From Terriglobia bacterium (GTDB taxonomy: Bacteria > Acidobacteriota > Terriglobia > JAJPHL01 > JAPKYU01): a stretch of 64,000 bases of DNA. The translations under genes and the position numbers were made by a program. Where the stretch lies: NCBI GenBank assembly GCA_965223005.1, contig CBDCVK010000003.1, positions 72,465 through 136,464 on the forward strand, written 5' to 3'. Positions 1 through 9,959 of the stretch are shown in pieces; position 1 is the stretch's first letter, and every line of letters starts with the position of its first letter. The notes under the pieces were generated by a model. The model saw only the letters and a program-made list of their open reading frames with translations. It searched no databases and had not been told where the DNA came from.

Positions 1-228
1 CAGGTCCCGCGACACCACGACTTCAAACAGGCCGCACAGCACGGCCCGCTCAGTGCCGGAGCGGATGATTTCCGGCGATGCTCTGCCGCCCAGCAACAGG
101 CCCAGGGCGTCCACCACGATCGACTTGCCGCTGCCGGTCTCGCCGGTCAGCAGGTTCAGTCCGGGGCCGAATTCCAGCGAAAGGCGGTCAATCAGCGCGT
201 AGTTCTCAATGTGGAGTTGCTGGAGCAT
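1..228 (-). CDS. recN: DNA repair protein RecN (5' part; runs off the window edge; absent from the ORF track)
   Basis: Manual translation from ATG at 228: MLQQLHIENYALIDRLSLEFGPGLNLLTGETGSGKSIVVDALGLLLGGRAS..., the RecN N-terminus with Walker A motif TGETGSGKS. Confidence 0.93.
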   Translation of the reverse strand, partial: MLQQLHIENYALIDRLSLEFGPGLNLLTGETGSGKSIVVDALGLLLGGRASPEIIRSGTERAVLCGLFEVVVSRDL

Positions 229-246
229 GGCAGCCGCCAGATGCCG

Positions 247-288
247 GGTTTCAGGTGCCAGGTTCAGGTGTCACAGGTTCAGGTGTCA
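247..288. repeat. Short tandem CAGGTG(C/T)/CAGGTT-type repeat cluster
   Basis: ggtttcaggtgccaggttcaggtgtcacaggttcaggtgtca; the 19-mer at 247-265 recurs exactly as a reverse complement at 34005-34023. Confidence 0.7.
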
Positions 289-575
289 AATGATAGCAGA
301 GTCCGAGACTGCTAGTTCTGACTGCCAAATCCAGGACTGCTTCCCCTTCGACCTTTGTTGACCAAGCCGGCGTTGAGCCAGGAATTCTACTTATGTGATA
401 CCGGCCTGATACCAGCCCTGACACCAGCTTTGAATGCGGCCGCTGGTTTTGTGCTAAGTTAAATGAGGGGAAGGCTGCAGCGGAAGGGATCTGCGACGGA
501 TTTAAGCGGCGGCCGGGAGCAGGCCAGCATCGCCGCGGCTTTAGAGTAAGCTGGGGAGTAAACGGGGGAGTAGAG

Positions 576-1280
576 TTGACTGTCGTTCCGCTTCTGGCTC
601 TAATCGGCGGCACCGAAGTGGTCGGTTTGATCGGACAGACCGGCTGGGTCGTCAAGGGTGTTCTGCTGCTGCTGCTGACGTTTTCTGTCTTTTCCTGGAC
701 GGTGACTTTCGCCAAGTGGCGCCGCTTCCGGCGGGCACGCGCGCAGAGCGAGCGGTTCCTGCGCGCCTTTCGGCGGAGCCAGACCTTCTCGGAGCTGCAT
801 GCCATCAGCGACCAGTTCCAGCCCAGCCCGCTGGTGGAGATGTTTGAATATGGCTACGGAACCATCCGCCAGCAGGCGACCCCGGCCAATCCGCATTCGG
901 GCAGGCTGCCGCCGGGCGGCGTCGCGCGAGTCCAGCGGGCGTTGCAGATTGCCGCCAGCGACCAGTTGACCGGCATGGAGCGCATGCTGAGCTGGTTGGC
1001 AAGCACGGGTGTGGTCGCGCCGTTCATCGGCCTGTTCGGGACGGTCTGGGGCGTCATGGACTCCTTTCACGGACTGGGAACAGCCGACTCGGCCTCCCTG
1101 CGCGCCGTGGCTCCAGGAATCTCCGAGGCCCTGGTCGCTACAGCCGCCGGGCTGTTCGTGGCCATCCCCGCGGTGGTGGCCTACAACCACTTCCTTCACG
1201 TGCTGCGCGATTTCGGGTCGGGCATGGACAGCTTTGCCCTGGAATTCCTGAATGTGGTGGAACGCGACCAGGCCGGCTAG
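576..1280 (+). CDS. tolQ: TolQ (MotA/TolQ/ExbB proton channel)
   Basis: Motifs APFIGLFGTVWGVM and VAPGISEALVATAAGLFVAIPAV; first gene of the tol-pal cluster. Confidence 0.92.
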   Translation: MTVVPLLALIGGTEVVGLIGQTGWVVKGVLLLLLTFSVFSWTVTFAKWRRFRRARAQSERFLRAFRRSQTFSELHAISDQFQPSPLVEMFEYGYGTIRQQATPANPHSGRLPPGGVARVQRALQIAASDQLTGMERMLSWLASTGVVAPFIGLFGTVWGVMDSFHGLGTADSASLRAVAPGISEALVATAAGLFVAIPAVVAYNHFLHVLRDFGSGMDSFALEFLNVVERDQAG

Positions 1281-1301
1281 CAGGCGAGGCAAGGGTACAC
1301 G

Positions 1302-1732
<431 letters not shown>

Positions 1733-1736
<4 letters not shown>

Positions 1737-2581
1737 GAGTACAAGTCCGAGTCGCTGGTAAGCATGTGCCCGCCACGAGCGAGCCGGAAGGGTTGAAGGC
1801 GCCGCTGACCGCCTCCGTCGTCTTTCACAGCATGATTTTCGGCGTAGCGCTGTTCGGTGGCGCTCTGGTCCCGCCGCACCACGGGCAGCAGTGGGGCGAA
1901 GTAGGTTTTGGCGGGGGGAGGTCGGTCCCAGTGAACTTGGCGCCGAGCGTTCCGCTGCCGCGCCGCGCCGCGCCACGAAACCCGGTGGCCGCCGATACCC
2001 GGGAGCTTCACCCGGCCCAGCCCAAGCAGCCGAAAAAAGCGCCACCAGCGTCCCCGGCGCGGGAGTTCCAGTTGACTGAGGAAGACTGGAAGAAGAAACT
2101 AGCGGAGCTGGAGCGCCGTCAGGCGAGCAAGGAGCTGGCGCAATTGCGGGGTGAGCTTCCGGAAGGGGCGATTCCCGGCGCTACCAGCGGTCGCGCTTCG
2201 TCGCCCATCTACGGGATGGCAACCGGGCAGGGCGCCGGGGGTATCGGCTTCAGCGGGCAGTTCGGCCTCCTTTACGGCTGGTACGTGCGTGCGGTGCGGA
2301 GCTGCATCGCGCGCCATTGGGACCGCAGCAGGGTTGATTCCGCCATCCGCTCGGCGCCGCGGGTGTATGTCGAATTTGATATCTTGCGGGACGGGACCAT
2401 GAGGAGCGAACGCATCAGCACATCCAGCAGCATTCCGTCGATTGACCGCGAAGCGCTCCGGGCAGTGCAGGCCTGCAGCGGCCGGCGCGACGTGGGCGCC
2501 GACGCTCATTTACCAGCACTGCCGCGGGATTACCAGGGCTCCAGCGTGCACGTGGAAGTGTGGTTCGAATTTCAAAGATGA
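1733..2581 (+). CDS. tolA: TolA/TonB-like energy transducer
   Basis: N-terminal TM helix with S-x3-H (SVVFH), Pro/Lys linker and TonB_C-like C-terminus; lies between tolR and tolB. Confidence 0.75.
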
Positions 2582-2668
2582 GACAAGCACCGAGTGAGTT
2601 GCCACATTCGCAGCAAGCAACACCAGATGCGCAGTAACCAACAAAAGACGCGCAGTAAGCAACGGCTC

Positions 2669-4060
2669 ATGGGGAAGTCATGGGCCATTGTCTTTACGGT
2701 TGCGGCCGTGGTTCTGTCGCTGGTGTGGCTGCAGGCCGAGGCCACGCCGCGTGCCGCGCTTGGCGCACCTCAAGCGGCTTCCCAGCGCCGGGACGTCATC
2801 CGCTTCGGCATTGACCTGACGCTGGAGACGCTGAAGCTGGCGGTGGCTGACTTTCGGGCTCACGGCACCGAGGCTGCGCCGCTGATGCGCGTCTTTAATA
2901 AGGTGCTTTGGAATGATCTGGACCACGCCGGAATTTTCGATCTGGTCAGCAAGAGCTTCTACCCGCCGGCAATTCCCGGGCGACGCGAAGACCTGAAAGC
3001 CGCCGGCGCTCTGTCGGCTTGGGCCAATCCGCCGGTCAACGCCGAGATGCTGGCGTTCGGCAACGGGGCCGTTGTCGACGGGCGCCTGAGGATCGAAGGC
3101 TTTCTGTACGATCTGCGGAATCCGCTCCGCCCGGAAGTCCTGGCCCGGCGCTACACCGACGAGGCCACCGAGGAGGCTGCCCGGGTGATTGCGCATCGGT
3201 TTGCCAACGCCATCGTGGAGCGGCTCGGCGGCGGACTGCCGGGCATCGCCGACTCCAAGATCTATTTCTGCCGTAGGACTCGTCGGGACGTTAAGGAAAT
3301 CTGGGTCATGGACTACGATGGCGCCAACCAGCGTCCGGTCACCGCCTACCGCTCCCTGGCGCTGACTCCCAACGTCTCGGCCGATGGCAGCCGGTTGGCC
3401 TTTACGAGCTATTCGGAAGTCTACCCCCGAATCTTCGTGTTGTCGCTGGAGAGCCGGCGACGCCTGAGCTTTCATAACACCCGCAGCGGGCTGAACACTA
3501 CCCCTGCCTGGTCCCCCGACGGCCGTCAGATGGCCCTGTCGTCCTCGCTGAGCGGAAACCCGGAGATCTATGTGGCCAATGCCGACGGTACGAACCCCCG
3601 TCGCCTCACGTACTCGCGGGGAGTGGATATTTCCCCGGCGTGGAACCCGAAGACAGCAACGCAGATCGCCTTCGTCAGCGGCCGGGGCGGGGTGCCGCAG
3701 ATCTACCTGATGGACGCCGACGGGTCCAACGTACGGCGTCTGACCGCCGGCGAAGGCGACGCGGTGACGCCGGCCTGGGCGCCCAACGGCCAGACGCTCG
3801 TCTTTTCCTGGACCCGTGGCTATGCCCCCGGAAATTACAATATTTTCCTGATGGATGTAGCCAGTGGCGAAGTGGTACAGTTGACCCACGGCGCCGGGCG
3901 TAACGAGCACCCATGGTTCTCTCCCGACGGCCGGCACATTGTTTTTGAGTCGAGCCGCAACGGGGGCAAGCAGATTTTTACCATGTTGGCGGACGGCACC
4001 AGGATCCGGGCTTTGACGCGGGATGGCAACAACACGGCCCCTGTTTGGAGCGTACGCTAG
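2669..4060 (+). CDS. tolB: TolB beta-propeller protein (start uncertain, 2594 or 2669)
   Basis: Signal peptide, TolB_N region (IAHRFANAIV) and PD40 repeats (PAWSPDG, PWFSPDG). Confidence 0.93.
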   Translation: MGKSWAIVFTVAAVVLSLVWLQAEATPRAALGAPQAASQRRDVIRFGIDLTLETLKLAVADFRAHGTEAAPLMRVFNKVLWNDLDHAGIFDLVSKSFYPPAIPGRREDLKAAGALSAWANPPVNAEMLAFGNGAVVDGRLRIEGFLYDLRNPLRPEVLARRYTDEATEEAARVIAHRFANAIVERLGGGLPGIADSKIYFCRRTRRDVKEIWVMDYDGANQRPVTAYRSLALTPNVSADGSRLAFTSYSEVYPRIFVLSLESRRRLSFHNTRSGLNTTPAWSPDGRQMALSSSLSGNPEIYVANADGTNPRRLTYSRGVDISPAWNPKTATQIAFVSGRGGVPQIYLMDADGSNVRRLTAGEGDAVTPAWAPNGQTLVFSWTRGYAPGNYNIFLMDVASGEVVQLTHGAGRNEHPWFSPDGRHIVFESSRNGGKQIFTMLADGTRIRALTRDGNNTAPVWSVR

Positions 4061-4352
4061 GGCCGTGCTGGCAGAATGGCTTCATAAGGGCTCTTGGGGA
4101 ATCCTTTCCGTGGCGGGCGGGGGCTTGCTTCGGCACCACCGGAGTTGCTGACCCCGTTGCGCGCGACAAGCTGCTAGGAGAGAATCCGGCCGGACAGGTT
4201 TGCGGCCAACAGTTCGCCTAGCAAACAAGTTCCAAAGGCATCAGGCTGGAAGCCGATCTCAGAAGGGGCTGCGACTAGGTAGGGTTCCAGGGATTCAAGA
4301 TTCACGAGATGGCTTCCAGTCCGCCGGTTCAAATCGCATGGAGGAAAAAAGA

Positions 4353-5093
4353 ATGAGACGCAAATACTCCCCGGCTCTGGGCATGATTTTGCTGCTGGTT
4401 CTGTTCATGGGTGCCTGCAAGAAGAAAGAGGCGCCGCCCCCGCCACCCCCGCCGCCGCCGCCTCCCCCGGCTCCGACAGTGAGCCTGACGGCGACGCCCA
4501 CCAGCATCGAACGCGGGCAATCCAGCACGCTGGAGTGGAGTTCCACCGAAGCCAAAACGCTGACGTTAGAACCGGCCCTAGGCATGGTGCCTCCCAAAGG
4601 CACGATGACCGTCTCGCCGCTGGAGTCGCTGACCTATACCCTGAGCGTCGAGGGGCCCGGCGGAAAGGCCCAGGCCAGCGTGCGGGTCACGGTGACCGCC
4701 AAGCCGCCGCCACCCAAACCCCCGCCACCGGTCGAGGAGGATATCGCCGCCTCGTTCGCGGCCCGGGTGCGTGACGTCTACTTCGATTATGACATGTACG
4801 ACGTGCGCTCTGATGCAGTGCCGGTGCTGCAAGCCAATGCCGATTGGTTGCGCGCACACCCGAAGGCGAACATCGTGGTTGAGGGCCATTGCGATGAGCG
4901 TGGCTCAGCCGAGTACAACCTAGGCCTGGGCGATCGGCGCGCAAATAGCACCCGGGACTACCTGCTCTCGCTGGGCATCAGCGGGAACCGCATCCGCACT
5001 ATCAGCTACGGCAAGGAGCGGCCGCAATGCACCGAGGCGAATGAGGGCTGCTGGCAGCGCAATCGCCGCTCGCACTTTGTCCTGGCCCGCTGA
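4353..5093 (+). CDS. pal: Peptidoglycan-associated lipoprotein Pal with poly-Pro linker and extra beta domain
   Basis: GGAGG SD before ATG at 4353; lipobox MGAC; OmpA-like motifs YFDYD, EGHCDERGSAEYNLGLGDRRA and SYGKERP. Confidence 0.94.
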   Translation: MRRKYSPALGMILLLVLFMGACKKKEAPPPPPPPPPPPPAPTVSLTATPTSIERGQSSTLEWSSTEAKTLTLEPALGMVPPKGTMTVSPLESLTYTLSVEGPGGKAQASVRVTVTAKPPPPKPPPPVEEDIAASFAARVRDVYFDYDMYDVRSDAVPVLQANADWLRAHPKANIVVEGHCDERGSAEYNLGLGDRRANSTRDYLLSLGISGNRIRTISYGKERPQCTEANEGCWQRNRRSHFVLAR

Positions 5094-5190
5094 GGCCGAG
5101 GGCAGGGCGCAAGCAGAACGCAAACGGCTGGCAGGCGCCAGTCAGATGAAACCTGGCGCCTGCCAGCCGCAGTCTTAAGGAGAGGGAACC

Positions 5191-5994
5191 ATGAGAGTGT
5201 TACGAGCCATCTTGATGGCGGTGCTCGTGGTGGCACTCCTGCCCACCCCGGCCTACCCTGTCGCCAAGGAGATTATCCGGATCGAGGCGGCAGTGGCCCG
5301 GCTGGAGTCGGACATGCGCGACATGCGCAGCACGCTGGACGAGCGCATGGGGATGATGCGCCAGCTCATGGAGCAGACCACCGACGCGATCAACAAGCTC
5401 AACGTGGTGACCGAGCAGGTGCAACGTTCGGTCCAGGGCAGCGTGGCCGCCCAGGGCACCAAAGTGGATTCGGTCGCCGGCAACGTGCAGGGGTTGCAGG
5501 ACTCCCTGGAGGATGTGAAGGCGCGGCTGTCCAAGCTGTCTGACCAGGTGGCGCAGGTGCGAGAGTCGGTAGAGGCGCTGCAAACGCCGTCGCCGCCGGG
5601 CCCGGGGGCGGGCGCACCTCCACAGTCGCCCGAGGAGCTCTACCAAAATGGGCTGCGGGACCTGCAAGGCGGGAAACTGGAACTGGCGTTGCAGCAGTTC
5701 CAGGACTACCTTCGCTACTACCCGGAGACGGAGCTGGCCGGCAATGCCCAGTTCTATGTCGGCGAAGTGCTCTATCGTCAGGGCAAGCTACGCGAGGCGA
5801 TCGAAGCGTACGACTTGGTGCTGGAACGCTACCCGAACGGCAACAAGACCGCCGGCGCCCATCTCAAGAAAGGCTTCGCCCTCCTGGAACTGAAGCAGCG
5901 CACATCCGGGGTCCGCGAGCTGCGCGAGTTGATCCGCCGTTTCCCGCGCAGCGAAGAGGCCAAGCTGGCCCGCCAGCGCCTCCGCCGTCGCTGA
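5191..5994 (+). CDS. cpoB: CpoB/YbgF (coiled coil plus TPR)
   Basis: Signal peptide, coiled coil and TPR segment (YPETELAGNAQFYVGE); immediately downstream of pal. Confidence 0.88.
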   Translation: MRVLRAILMAVLVVALLPTPAYPVAKEIIRIEAAVARLESDMRDMRSTLDERMGMMRQLMEQTTDAINKLNVVTEQVQRSVQGSVAAQGTKVDSVAGNVQGLQDSLEDVKARLSKLSDQVAQVRESVEALQTPSPPGPGAGAPPQSPEELYQNGLRDLQGGKLELALQQFQDYLRYYPETELAGNAQFYVGEVLYRQGKLREAIEAYDLVLERYPNGNKTAGAHLKKGFALLELKQRTSGVRELRELIRRFPRSEEAKLARQRLRRR

Positions 5995-6185
5995 GAGCCA
6001 CCTCCACGCGGGATCCCACTTGCTCCTGAGCCTCATTCCAGGCCTCCGGCACGGGTGGCGCGTTTGCCTTACCCGAGAGCTTCCGCTATACTCGCGTTCC
6101 AAACGGTGACGCCTGATTTGGGCGGGCCAGGCTCCGCGACACCGCCCCAACAGCGGCGCTACGACACAAGGAGAGGGCTGGCCCT

Positions 6186-6641
6186 ATGGCACGAAGCGTA
6201 AACAAAGTCATTCTGCTAGGGAATCTAGGAAAAGACGCGGAGTTGAACTACCTGCCGTCCGGCCAGGCGGTCTCCAAGTTCCCGCTCGCGACCAATCGCC
6301 GCTTCAAAGACAAAGCCGGCGAGTGGCAGGACCAGACGGAGTGGCACAACATCGTGGTCTGGGCCAAGATGGCGGAAAACCTGACCCAGTATCTGCTCAA
6401 GGGTCGCCAAGTGTACGTGGAGGGGCGCATCCACTCCCGCACCTGGGAAGGGCGGGATGGCAGCAAGCATCACGGCACCGATATTGTCGCCAATGATGTC
6501 GTCCTCATCAGCGGGCGGGGCGGTGAAGAAAGCTCAGGGCGCGCACAGGCCAGCCAGTCGCGTCCCGCCGCCGCGCCTGCGGCCTCCTCTTCCGACGAGG
6601 GAATCTCACCCGAGATCACCGACGACGACATCCCGTTCTAA
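6186..6641 (+). CDS. ssb: Single-stranded DNA-binding protein
   Basis: Starts SVNKVILLGNLGKD and ends with the DDDIPF tail. Confidence 0.97.
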   Translation: MARSVNKVILLGNLGKDAELNYLPSGQAVSKFPLATNRRFKDKAGEWQDQTEWHNIVVWAKMAENLTQYLLKGRQVYVEGRIHSRTWEGRDGSKHHGTDIVANDVVLISGRGGEESSGRAQASQSRPAAAPAASSSDEGISPEITDDDIPF

Positions 6642-7145
6642 AATATGCAGACCTGAGCTGAGATCAACCTAAGGCGGGAAGGTCCTGCTTGTTTCTTGCC
6701 CTCCGCGCAATAGGTAACGCCAGCATCCTGCCGACCGCCTCAGCCCAACCGCCGGGACAGCTTGCCCTGATTCCCACCGGGTGGGCGCTCTCGCGCTAGT
6801 CCGAAGGTACCCCTCAAAATGAACCTGTTCGCCTATTGGCTGCCTGGTGCCGCTGCGCTTAACTAGGCTACGTTATGAACGGGACAAAAACTCAGGCTAT
6901 GGCAGCGCTGTTTTGCGCAGTGGTTGCGGCACAGAGGAGCCGCAGGAGCCTGCCGGAGTTTTTGCGGATTCTGCCGGTGAGTCCCAAGAGCAAGTTCATG
7001 GTGCTGGAATGTTATCGAGGCGTACTTGAAAACGATTAACTGAAGCCATGAGCGGCGCGAAACGAAGCAAAATCCTGGTCATTGCCGATAAAGACGAAAA
7101 TGATCCGCATGACCCTTGAAAGCTAATGAGTTGGAGAGGATAAAT

Positions 7146-7505
7146 ATGCCGGCGGAAATCCAGGATGTAAAACGCCTCCGCTACTTCCCGCGCTTCAGGG
7201 CACCAGATAGGAGTCACGCCGGCTTCATTACCGGCAATCGTCGCGTCGCTGGAGAACTCAAGAAGATTAGCCTAAGAGGCCTGTCCCTTCGGACCAAGGA
7301 ATCGGTTCCGGTGGGGAGTGTCGGCAAGGTCGGCGTGCAGTTTCAAGACTGGTTTTTCCGCGCCACCGCGATTGTCCGTTCCGCCGAACCGGGCCGGTGG
7401 TTGGGCTTCGAATTCATCAAAATGTGCTCGCTGGATCGACAGGCCCTCCGCCTTTCTTGCGGTGCCCAACGTCGGATGGCAGTTGAGAACAAGAGCACCA
7501 GTTGA
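7146..7505 (+). CDS. PilZ-domain protein (degenerate)
   Basis: SD-like GGAGAGGA before ATG at 7146; RxxxR (RYFPR), ISLRGLSL and AIVR...LGFEF, as in PilZ barrels. Confidence 0.7.
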   Translation: MPAEIQDVKRLRYFPRFRAPDRSHAGFITGNRRVAGELKKISLRGLSLRTKESVPVGSVGKVGVQFQDWFFRATAIVRSAEPGRWLGFEFIKMCSLDRQALRLSCGAQRRMAVENKSTS

Positions 7506-7612
7506 CTCGCTACCCCACTCCCCCTAGCTCCCGCGCCTCCCAGCAGTTATTGTCGTCCTAGACCTGTGCGGCCAGCATTGGATTGAAGTGCCCTCGAAGA
7601 ATTACGTCCGGT

Positions 7613-9937
7613 TCAGAATTCCGTGCGCAACCGGAGGGCGAAGCTGCGGGGCGGGGCCAACGCCGTGCCAGAGAACAATCCGACGAAATTGATCACGTTC
7701 AAGCGGTTGGTGAGGTTCAAGACGTCGAGTTGGAGCCGCACCGAGAGGTCATCGCGACTCCAAAGCTTCACCCCCAGCGAAGTATCCAGGGAAAACGAGG
7801 GGCGAACGCGGCCGCGTGTGAGGTTGACCCGGCTCAGAATTCGCTGCCCAAGGCGCTCCTCCAGTTCCTCTTCCTCCAGCGGTTCCTCTTGCTCGATGGG
7901 CAACCCGCTGCCGTACCGGGCGCCGAGCGCCACCCAGACCCTGGGGCTAATCTGATAGTGCACGCGCGCTTGGGCTGTATGGCGCTGGTCTTGCGAAATA
8001 GGAAAGCGGTCGGTGGCGCGCAACAGCTCGTCGGCGCCCTCTTCCAAGAACAGCCCGCCGGTGATGGGAAGAAACCCGGTTCCGACAAGGTGCGCGTAGC
8101 TCAGAAAGCCAGAAACGGGCCCCCAGCGCGGCACTTCCAGTTTGCCCTCAAAGCCGTAGACTTCGGCGCGGGAAAACGCGATGGGGAAACTCACCCCGGT
8201 ATTCAAGAAGACGTCGTCGTCGGCAAAATTTCGAATCTCTCTTCGGAAATAATTCCCGTCCAGCCGCAACTTGCCGAAGACGCTCTTGGCAAAGCCGGCT
8301 TGGTAGAAGTTCCCGCGGGAGGGAGACACGAGCAGCGCCGTCGTCTCTTCAGTGAGCCGCTGCGCGGACGCGGAACTGGCCAGCAGCAGATTCTCGGTGG
8401 CGGGAATCTGAAACGCGCGGTCGTAGGAGGCGCGGAAGACCAGCCCGGTGCCCGGCCAGTGCCAGGCCACTCCCAGGCGAGGACTGAAGGCACTGTCCCG
8501 GACTAGCAACCGATAGCGGTCCCACCGCAGTCCTGCGCTGAAGGTCCAGGGCCCGGCGCGAACCAGGTCCTGCACGAACAGGGACTGCTCGCGGCCTGCT
8601 CGACGGTCCGCAAACCGGAAGCTGGGCGGGATTCCGGCATCGAAGACTTGCTGGTCCACGATTTCGTACCCAAACCGCTCGCGCACAGAAGTCCAAATCG
8701 CCTCCGCGCCGGTTTTCAGCTCGTGGGCGCCAAGATGCGCCGACAGGCTGGCGCTGCCATAACCTTCCCGCAAGCTTCGTTGCTGGTCGGCCAGGATGGG
8801 GGTGGAGAGCGGATTCGACCAAAAGTCTGCAGAAAGGTCCCTCGCCATTCCCCGGAAGGCGGCCAGCAGGCGGGGTGAGAGGGTGTGCTGGTAGGATAGA
8901 TGTCCCAGGGTTTCGGCGTTACGCTGATCCTGCCGCTGGCCGGCCTGCTGCTGAAATTGTTCGTTCGGGACCAGGAACCCCGTGCGTTTTCTGTACAGCG
9001 AGAGGCGCAGTCGGCTCGTCTGGCTCCAGTCACGTTCGAGGCGGCCACTGATCCCGGAATTGGATGCTTTGTTGGTGAAATTTTCCTCCACCGGCGGATC
9101 CAGGTACCGCTCCGTGTGTCCCCCCTGAACGGCTAAGGCGGCGGCCGTCCGCCCGCGCACGTACTGTCCGGAAACATAGCTGCTTTGGGTCGAGAAGCTG
9201 CCGACCTCGAGCACTGCGGTCCCATGAAAGCCCGAGGTCGTGTCACGGGCGGTGACCACCTCGATGACCCCACCCAGTTTCCGCCCATATTCAGCCGGGT
9301 AGTTGGCGGTCAACACATTCAGTGACCGGAGTTCTTCAACTTCAAGCGCCGGGGCGAAGGCGGGAGAGCGATTGTCGGTGATGGGGAACCCGTCAATGAC
9401 ATACTGCGTGTTGTACTCGGAGCCCCGCGGGTGCAGCACGCCGTTGGCCTCCAGCAACCATCCCGGCTGCGTTTGCACCAGCTCCGGCACGGCGCGGGCG
9501 GGCTGTGAGGCCTGCCGGTCCCGCAACGTTTCTGGGCCGAGGCGGAAGACTGGGCCCGTCCGATGCGGGTCCAGAAGCGTGGCCGAATCGGTGACCAGCA
9601 CGGTGGCTTCCAGCGGGGCGATCCCGAGCGTCACCTGGTACTCGCGGGGGAGTTCCGAGCGGATTTCCAGCAGCGCGGAGAACGGTGCAAACCCCGAGCG
9701 CTCGACGCGCAGCAGATACACCCCAAATGGCAAGTCCCTGGCCCAATACTGTCCCTCCGGGTCGGTGTGGAAAGCTTGCTGAACTTGGTTGGCTTGGCTG
9801 ACCAGCTCTCCACTGGCTGCCACCCCCAGGCCGGTGGTGTCCCGCACGGTCAGGCGCAACTCCCCCGTGCCCCGCTGGGCGAGCAGTGGCATCGCCCACA
9901 GAACTACCCAAAGCAAGCGTTTGCACTTCAACTTCAA
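7613..9937 (-). CDS. TonB-dependent outer membrane receptor with N-terminal carboxypeptidase-regulatory-like domain
   Basis: Signal peptide, plug motifs (YVIDGFPI, YPAEYGRKLGGVI), NLTN motif and terminal Phe (RTEF). Confidence 0.9.
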   Translation of the reverse strand: MKLKCKRLLWVVLWAMPLLAQRGTGELRLTVRDTTGLGVAASGELVSQANQVQQAFHTDPEGQYWARDLPFGVYLLRVERSGFAPFSALLEIRSELPREYQVTLGIAPLEATVLVTDSATLLDPHRTGPVFRLGPETLRDRQASQPARAVPELVQTQPGWLLEANGVLHPRGSEYNTQYVIDGFPITDNRSPAFAPALEVEELRSLNVLTANYPAEYGRKLGGVIEVVTARDTTSGFHGTAVLEVGSFSTQSSYVSGQYVRGRTAAALAVQGGHTERYLDPPVEENFTNKASNSGISGRLERDWSQTSRLRLSLYRKRTGFLVPNEQFQQQAGQRQDQRNAETLGHLSYQHTLSPRLLAAFRGMARDLSADFWSNPLSTPILADQQRSLREGYGSASLSAHLGAHELKTGAEAIWTSVRERFGYEIVDQQVFDAGIPPSFRFADRRAGREQSLFVQDLVRAGPWTFSAGLRWDRYRLLVRDSAFSPRLGVAWHWPGTGLVFRASYDRAFQIPATENLLLASSASAQRLTEETTALLVSPSRGNFYQAGFAKSVFGKLRLDGNYFRREIRNFADDDVFLNTGVSFPIAFSRAEVYGFEGKLEVPRWGPVSGFLSYAHLVGTGFLPITGGLFLEEGADELLRATDRFPISQDQRHTAQARVHYQISPRVWVALGARYGSGLPIEQEEPLEEEELEERLGQRILSRVNLTRGRVRPSFSLDTSLGVKLWSRDDLSVRLQLDVLNLTNRLNVINFVGLFSGTALAPPRSFALRLRTEF

Positions 9938-9959
9938 AGCTCAGGCGGGAGAAGAACTC

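Noticed and set aside
6900-6917. Sigma54-like TGGC...TTGC
   Set aside because: The GG-to-GC spacing is 12 nt rather than the required 10
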